NCBI GenBank assembly: GCA_020137815.1
Contig: CM035351.1
Location: 372,001-436,000 of the forward strand
Reading direction: 5' to 3'
Length of the DNA: 64,000 nt
Origin: Hormiphora californensis
Taxonomy: Eukaryota; Animalia; Ctenophora
Made by a program: the position numbers and the translations under genes
Part shown: in pieces, positions 57,419 through 64,000 of the stretch
Numbering within the stretch: the stretch's first letter is position 1
How the letters are laid out: each line of letters begins with the position of its first letter
The notes under the pieces: generated by a model
Told to the model about the DNA's origin: nothing
Seen by the model: only the letters and a program-made list of their open reading frames with translations
The model's database searches: none

Positions 57419-57901
57419 TCTCTCTGTCTCTCCCTCTGTCTCTCTCTGTCTCTCTGTCTCTCTCTCTCTCTCTCTCTCCCCTCCCTCTCTATCTTTTGTA
57501 TGTCCCTGACCTCTGTTAGGCCGGTTGTCGATTGGGTTGGGTTGAGGTTTACCATATTAAATGTACCAGAACGCCCTATACCAAGTTAGGGCCTAACATT
57601 TACCGCTTACCGATGTGAAAGCCACCCTTTCCATTTAGGATGTTTGTAAAAATGAAAAAAACAGGATAAATTAGTAAAACTACAATCCCAGAAGCAGTTG
57701 GAGGTGTTTACTATCATGATGGAGGAGCTTGAGGATATTCACTAAAATTATAGCTTTGACTTTACTCATAACTCCAGGTAAGGTCCGCCGGCTACCTCCC
57801 CCTGGCCCCTCCCCTACTCCTGGACAGTGGACGTCATCTTTGAATCACCCATTTATGTCTAATTGGCTTTCTTTTCTTCATGAGTCCTCCCTGTGTCGAA
57901 C

Positions 57902-58911
57902 TAGTTAGGGAAAATTAGCTAAAAAACCAGCAAATTATCGGCAAAATTTTTAACAAGCTAATTCCTTCACTAAGTGACCCTAATGGGTCCTCTGAATCAC
58001 CAAAAAAAAGTTCCAGCCGATCGGGCTTGCAGAAGGCCCTTATTTCCGGGTGGGCGCGGCACCTGTATTTTCAGCCTGAGGCTAAAACCATAAGTACCCT
58101 TAAAATAGGAGTAGAGATAAAATCGAGGGCACTAAAGTGATCAGCGACCTCGCATTAGTGGGGGTAGGTGCCGGAATTAAGTCTCTATCTCATCTGGTTA
58201 ATTAGATAATTGGATAATTAGGTTTGTGCGTGTACCGTTTTTTGGCTATATGGCTATAGCCACTTAGGAATGATTTAGAGACTTTTCATTGGTGCCATTT
58301 TGTTCAGAAGAAAATTTTAGAGAGGAGTTGTGGAAAAATTTAGGGCCTATCTCTTACCGTTTTGGCGTTATTAGCCGTCAAACTAGGCCAATTAACTCAA
58401 TTTTTGACATTTTCGCGAAATTTCGACTAATTTGGCCTAGTTTGACGGCTAATAACGCCAAAACGGTAAGAGATAGGCCCTAAATTTTTCCACAACTCCT
58501 CTCTAAAATTTTCTTCTGAACAAAATGGCACCAATGAAAAGTCTCTAAATCATTCCTAAGTGGCTATAGCCATATAGCCAAAAAACGGTACACGCGCAAA
58601 CCTAATTATCCAATTATCTGATTAACCAGATGAGATAGAGACTTAATTCCGGCACCTACCCCCACTAATGCGAGGTCGCTGATCACTTTAGTGCCCTCGA
58701 TTTTATCTCTACTCCTATTTTAAGGGTACTTATGGTTTTTGCCTCAGGCTGAAAATACAGGTGCCGCGCCCACCCGGAAATAAGGGCCTTCTGCAAGCCC
58801 GATCGGCTGGAACTTTTTTTTGGTGATTCAGAGGACCCATTAGGGTCACTTAGTGAAGGAATTAGCTTGTTAAAAATTTTGCCACTAATTTCGGCTAATT
58901 CTCCCTAACTA
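57902..58911. mobile_element. Near-perfect palindromic foldback element of about 1 kb with a 3-bp TSD (AAC)
   Basis: TAGTTAGGG...CCCTAACTA; arms are complementary over about 490 bp; the empty site GTCGAACAGCTGG is present in neighbouring repeat copies. Confidence 0.9.
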
Positions 58912-59386
58912 AACAGCTGGGAAGCAGAGCTGTCCCAACAAGGGCGCCACCCAACTACCATTTCTTTTCTTCGCTTCAATTACGTTTATCTATCTCTAGT
59001 CATGAATGTGCGTTTTGCATGGAGATGGAGAGATGGATATGAAGAGATAGAGAGATGGAGAGATGGAGAGATAGAGAGATAGAGAGATAGAGAGATAGAG
59101 AGATAGAGAGATAGAGAGATAGAGAGATAGAGAGATTGAGAGATTAAGGGATGGAGAGATGGAGAGATGGAGAGATGGAGAGAGTCCTCCCTGTGTCGAA
59201 CAGCTGGGAAGCAGAGCTGTCCCAACAAGGGCGCCACCCAACTACCATTTCTTTTCTTCGCTTCAATTACGTTTATCTATCTCTAGTCATGAATGTGCGT
59301 TTTGCATGGAGATGGAGAGATGGATATGAAGAGATAGAGAGATGGAGAGATGGAGAGATAGAGAGATAGAGAGATTGAAAGATTAA

Positions 59387-60057
59387 AGTAAGAGTGGCGC
59401 GCCGTGTTTTCTCACAAAACTTAGTGGATGAACGGGGAGTACCACCAGGACCATTGGTACGGTATCGAAAATTTCCAATTCTGTCTCGTTCATTAGTTAT
59501 GACGTAATATGTTCATTATTTCAACTTTCATAAAATTGCTATACAGAAAAATCTGTACATTGTGGATTAAAATGGATGCTTGCATCGTGTTCAGCGTCAA
59601 AAAATAGCCGGGGTACCAAATTTTGGTGTCTCTACCTTGTCTGTGACGCGAGATATCGACAATTATCAAAAACGATCAAAAATGGGAGAAAGAGAGTTTG
59701 TTATCTTTGGGTGCTAGTTGTTTGTGCGCGCCACCCACTTGTAACAAACTCTCTTTCTCTCACTTTGGTCGTTTTTGATATTTGTCGATATCTCGCGTCA
59801 CAGACAAGGTAGAGACACCAAAATTTGGTACCCCGGCTATTTTTTGACGCTGAACACGATGCAAGCATCCATCTCAATCCACAATGCACAGATTTTTCTG
59901 TAGAGTAATTTTATAAAAGTCGAAATAATGAACATATTACGTCATAACTAATGAACGAGACAGAATTGGAAATTTTCGATACCGTACCAATGGTCCTGGT
60001 GGTACTCCCCGTTCATCTACTAAGTTTTGTGAGAAAACACGGCGCGCCACTCTTACT
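59387..60057. mobile_element. 671-bp palindromic MITE with a TTAA TSD (Kolobok-like AG...CT ends)
   Basis: TTAA|AGTAAGAGTGGCGCGCC...GGCGCGCCACTCTTACT|TTAA; empty site GATTAAGGGATGG at about 59142 and 60096. Confidence 0.85.
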
Positions 60058-60329
60058 TTAAGGGATGGAGAGATAGAGAGATAGAGAGATTGAGAGATTA
60101 AGGGATGGAGAGATGGAGAGATGGAGAGATGGAGAGAGTCCTCCCTGTGTCGAACAGCTGGGAAGCAGAGCTGTCCCAACAAGGGCGCCACCCAACTACC
60201 ATTTCTTTTCTTCGCTTCAATTACGTTTATCTGTCTCTAGTCATGAATGTGCGTTTTGCATGGAGATGGAGAGATGGATATGAAGAGATAGAGAGATGGA
60301 GAGATGGAGAGATGGAGAGATGGAGATGG

Positions 60330-61378
60330 GAGAATTTGAATATGGAGGATGGAGAATGGAGAATGAGAGATGGAGAGATGGCTAGATTGGAGAGATGTAT
60401 AGAGATTATATGGAGATGGCTATAGGGATATGGAGACGGTGGAGATGGAGATGGCTATTGAGATGGAGTGTAGATGGAGATGGAGATGGAGATGGATATG
60501 GAGATGGAGCTGGACGCTTGCTCTGTCGCTGGCGCTGGCGCTGGCGCCTGGACTGGCGCTTGGCGCTGTCGCGGCGCTGGCGCCTGGCGCTGGACGCCTT
60601 GCGCCTTGAGCGCGCGGCGCTTGGCGCTGCTCTGCGCTGGCGCTGTCGCTGGCGCCTGCACTGGTGCTCTGTCGCTGGCTCTGGCTCTGCTGCTGGCGCC
60701 TGGCGCTGGGCTGCGGGGCGCTGGCGCTGGCTCTGCGCTCGGCGCTGGCGCTGGCGCATGGCGCTGGCGATGCGCTTGGCGCTGGCGCTGGCGCTGGCGC
60801 TGGCGACTGGCGCTGGCGCTGGCGCTGGCCTGGCGCTGGCGCTGGCGCTGGCGCGGCGCCTGGCGCTGGCGCTGGCGCTGGCGCTGGCGCTGCGCCTGGC
60901 GCTGGGCTGGCGCTGGCGCTGGCGCTGGCTCTGGCGCTGGCGCTGGCGCTGCGCTGGCGCTGGCGCTGGCGCTGGCGCTGGCGCTGGCCTGGCGCTGGCG
61001 CTGGGCTGGCGCTGGCGCTGGCGCTGGCTCTGGCGCTGGCGCTGGCGCTGGAGCTGGCGCTGGCGCTGGCTCTGGCGCTGGCGCTGGCGCTGGCGCTGGC
61101 GCTGGCGCTGAGCGCCTGGCGCTGGCGCTGGCGCTGGCGCTGGCCTGGCTGGCGCTGGCGCTGGCGCTGGCGCTGGCGCTGGCGCTGGCGCTGGCGCTGG
61201 CGCTGCGCTGGCGCTGGCGCTGGCGCTGGCGCTGGCGCTGGCGCTGGCGCTGCGGCTGGCGCTGGCGCTGGCGCTGGCGCTGGCGCTGGCGCTGGCGCTG
61301 GAGCTGGCGCTGGCGCTGGAGCTGGCGCTGGCGCTGGAGATGGCGTTGGCGCTGGACTGGAGCTGGAGCTGGAGCTTC
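60330..61378. repeat. Hexamer low-complexity tract, (GGAGAT)n grading into (GGCGCT)n
   Basis: Direct reading; it generates spurious long ORFs in all frames. Confidence 0.9.
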
Positions 61379-62149
61379 TGGGTTTGGGAAGGGAGGGGGA
61401 TGCGGAGGGGGGAGGGGTGTGGTAGTAGTGGGTGTTTGTGTGGGGTGTCTGTGTGAAGGGTGAGCATGTGTGGGTCACCATGAACTGATTTGTAATCTCT
61501 AAATTAGGCGATCTAATTTAGGCCCTACCCAGTACCCCACATCAGCGGAGAAAACCTTACTCTCGTTAATTAAGCTCTCATATTTCAAGAAACTTTTCAA
61601 TAAGAAACTTTTTCTAGGAAACTTCAAGTGTAAGCAATCCAAAAACAAAAAGAATTTCTTCTATATCAAGAAACTAAACAAGTTGGGGGTGTTCTATTTT
61701 GTTGTGGTGTCTCTGAATTGTGTGATTTACATTTGAAAAGTTTCTTATAAAAAAGTTTCTCACTAAAGCGTTTCTTAAAAATCGAGAGTAAGGTATATCT
61801 AAAAAGATGATGACAGTAGATAAATGTAGGATTTCCTAAAACCTGCTCCCAACCTCCGTACTGATATCTAATCTCTTCATTAGGCCCTACCTCTCCACGT
61901 CCCAACAACCGATAAAAAACTAAATAGATGTTGGATGTCCCTAAACCTGCTCCCATCCTTTGTACTGACTACTGATATATTCTCTCCTCATGCAGGGTCG
62001 AGACAGTGATATCTATTTGTTTGGAATATGACCAGATAGTATATGGGATCGCCTCATAACAAGCACAAAGCTGACAAAAAGCCCAGGACCAGTACACGAT
62101 ATTTAAATTAACCCTGTGCGATAGAAATTGGTAAGTCTCGTTAAAGTCA

Positions 62150-62632
62150 GAGTAGACAGAAAAAGAATTGGACAAGCTTGATTGATGTAGTAGAGCAGAA
62201 CTCTCCGAGTATTTTCACTTTTCCCGCTCTGAAAAGATACATTCCTCGCTCTATTATATTTGTTACCAGGGGGCTGGAACTCTATCTCGCTATGTTCTGT
62301 GGGCACTGGGCGTGTATGCCCGAACAGTGAACCTGCCCCGCCGTGTGTATAATAGAGAGCAATTTCACAGCGAGGAATGTATCATTGTATCTTTTGAGAG
62401 CGGGAAAAATGGAAAATACTCGGAAAGTTATATGCTCTAAAGTCGGATTTTTTGAAGTTGTCACCCCCCGTTTCGTGCACGGAATGTTTTTGCGCGTCAC
62501 ATCACATGTTAACGTGTGGTGTGCGCGTCAAAATTGATAAATTTCACATGCGCGGTCATTTTGGGGTGACAACTTCAAAAAATCCGACTCTACTACCTCA
62601 ATCAAGCTTCTCCAATTCTGCTTCTATCCACT
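62150..62632. mobile_element. MITE-like element with imperfect TIRs and an internal inverted repeat
   Basis: AGAATTGGACAAGCTTGATTGAxGTAGTAGAG...CTCTACTACCTCAATCAAGCTTCTCCAATTCT; internal AGTCGGATTTTTTGAAGTTGTCACCCC / GGGGTGACAACTTCAAAAAATCCGACT. Confidence 0.6.
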
Positions 62633-64000
62633 CTCACTTCAATGCGTACGTCAGTATTCCCCACTGACCGGCTTCCTTCATTCATAGCTGTGACATGCAT
62701 AACTAGAACTGTGACGTGTGTATGTGTGTGTGTTTATAACTGTGTCAATACATTAATTGTCACTGAAAAGATAGTAATGTTGTTACTGTCCGAGTTATCT
62801 AGCTTATTCGGGTTTATAAATAAAAATATCAATATCCCCTATAACAAATGAAATTTTCATTTGTTATTGGGGATATTTCTTTGAAAAGGGTACGGGTGTG
62901 GTTGTACCATAGTTTTGTGTTAGGACTATCCACTACAACTGTGTTACTGTTATTGTAAACTTAAATTGTAAATTGTTTTTTCCATTTCAGTAACTGAAGG
63001 AGCTGCTAGTGCAAAACTATATGTGGAGGACTACAAAATATATATATAGAGGACTACAAGTGCAAGTGCAGTACAGTGCAAGGGGATCGCTAGTGTCTAA
63101 TGAAGCCGGCTTATCAATTATTGGCGTAATGACGTGGCTGCTCTGACTTACGATGACATTGGATCTGGTATTAATAAAGATTTGACTCTACAAAGACCAT
63201 AAAAAGGCCATGGACTCTATATTCTAAAATACTCGAAGCTTATAAGAAGAGTCATACGACATACGGGCTGTGATTGTGGCTGTGATGAGCTGTCGAGGTG
63301 AGAGGACATGTAGATTTCATGGGTGTAAAGTAACTGTGAAAGTTGTGTTTTCTCCTTTTGGTCGGGATACGAACTGAATAGGGTTTTATTGTAGAACAAC
63401 GCTACGTTCTACAATATGATATCAAAATTAAAACCCGTCGAATACTCTAGTACTCATTTCATAAAGCTGGTCAGTGGTCCAGATCCGGCCGGAAGGAGAA
63501 AACACAGCTTCCTCGTTAATTATGCGGCTAATCAACAATTTTCTCTCAATAGCTGAGAAACTGATACTGATAGTTCCCATAATTTATGTGAAAAATGCGG
63601 ATCTGTGTGTTATATTTATAATTATCAATTGCCTGATTACCATGCTATTCATTATCATATTTTAAATTTTGTTACCTTATTTATAAAACTAAAAGATGTT
63701 TATAATTTGACTCCCTAAACTGGCGAAAAAAAGGAAGATGCTACTGGTTCAAAGTTTCAAACATTGTTTGGTAATGTCATGTCATGTTTTTGTTCATCAG
63801 CAAGCTGCCGTCTGCCCTGGTAAATTGACGCCAGGGCGCGAATGTTTGTCTGTTTGTCTGTGACTTGATGGGAGAAACGGCTGACGCGGAGATCAACTCT
63901 GTGGGAATTTCGCGCGAGATTTCACGGCGCGCACGTCGTATGAAAGGTCGAGCACGAGGTCGAGCACAAGGTCTGACCAGTCACGTGACCACTGCGCGTC

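Larger units (their letters stand above)
57882..60330. repeat. Tandem repeat of about 290 bp (3 copies), two of them interrupted by palindromic transposons
   Basis: GAGTCCTCCCTGTGTCGAACAGCTGGGAAGCAG...(GGAGAGAT)n unit at about 57882/58912, 59182 and 60136. Confidence 0.8.

Noticed and set aside
60395-61481. Ala/Gly/Arg/Trp-rich ORFs on both strands
   Set aside because: Product of a hexamer repeat that may itself be artefactual.
61480-64000. Short ORFs at the window end
   Set aside because: AT-rich, with no recognisable motifs or consistent exon chain.

Overview
Compact, gene-dense animal genomic DNA with GT-AG introns. Ctenophore-like by inference, from the GPCR style, splice acceptors just before ATGs, a nested gene and the repeat families. 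Positions 1-30 kb hold 12 genes, all on the minus strand: RNF32, an atypical Rab, POLR3F with a nested SLC22 transporter, a class A GPCR, POLE4-like, two tandem COQ6 copies, RPL34, HRG1/SLC48A1, RPS29 and RECQL4. A strand-switch region at about 30-41 kb is filled with a 4-kb foldback element, Helitron/Helentron-type elements and a segmental duplication. Three plus-strand genes follow: RanGAP1, an intronless Dicer and PPP4C. The window ends in palindromic MITEs and low-complexity DNA. Main observations: (1) RanGAP1 splices as one continuous frame with two Ran-binding domains, a RanBP2-type zinc finger and FG repeats between the LRR GAP domain and the SUMO-site C-terminal domain, i.e. a RanGAP1/RanBP2-like chimera. 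(2) An acceptor sits just before most ATGs in tightly packed co-oriented clusters, consistent with trans-spliced, operon-like organisation. (3) Splice junctions are tandemly amplified, including a PPP4C array whose 46-nt unit is itself a complete mini-intron. (4) Single-base +1 frameshifts occur in Dicer, RECQL4 and the GPCR. Exon structures were assembled by eye and no database searches were run.
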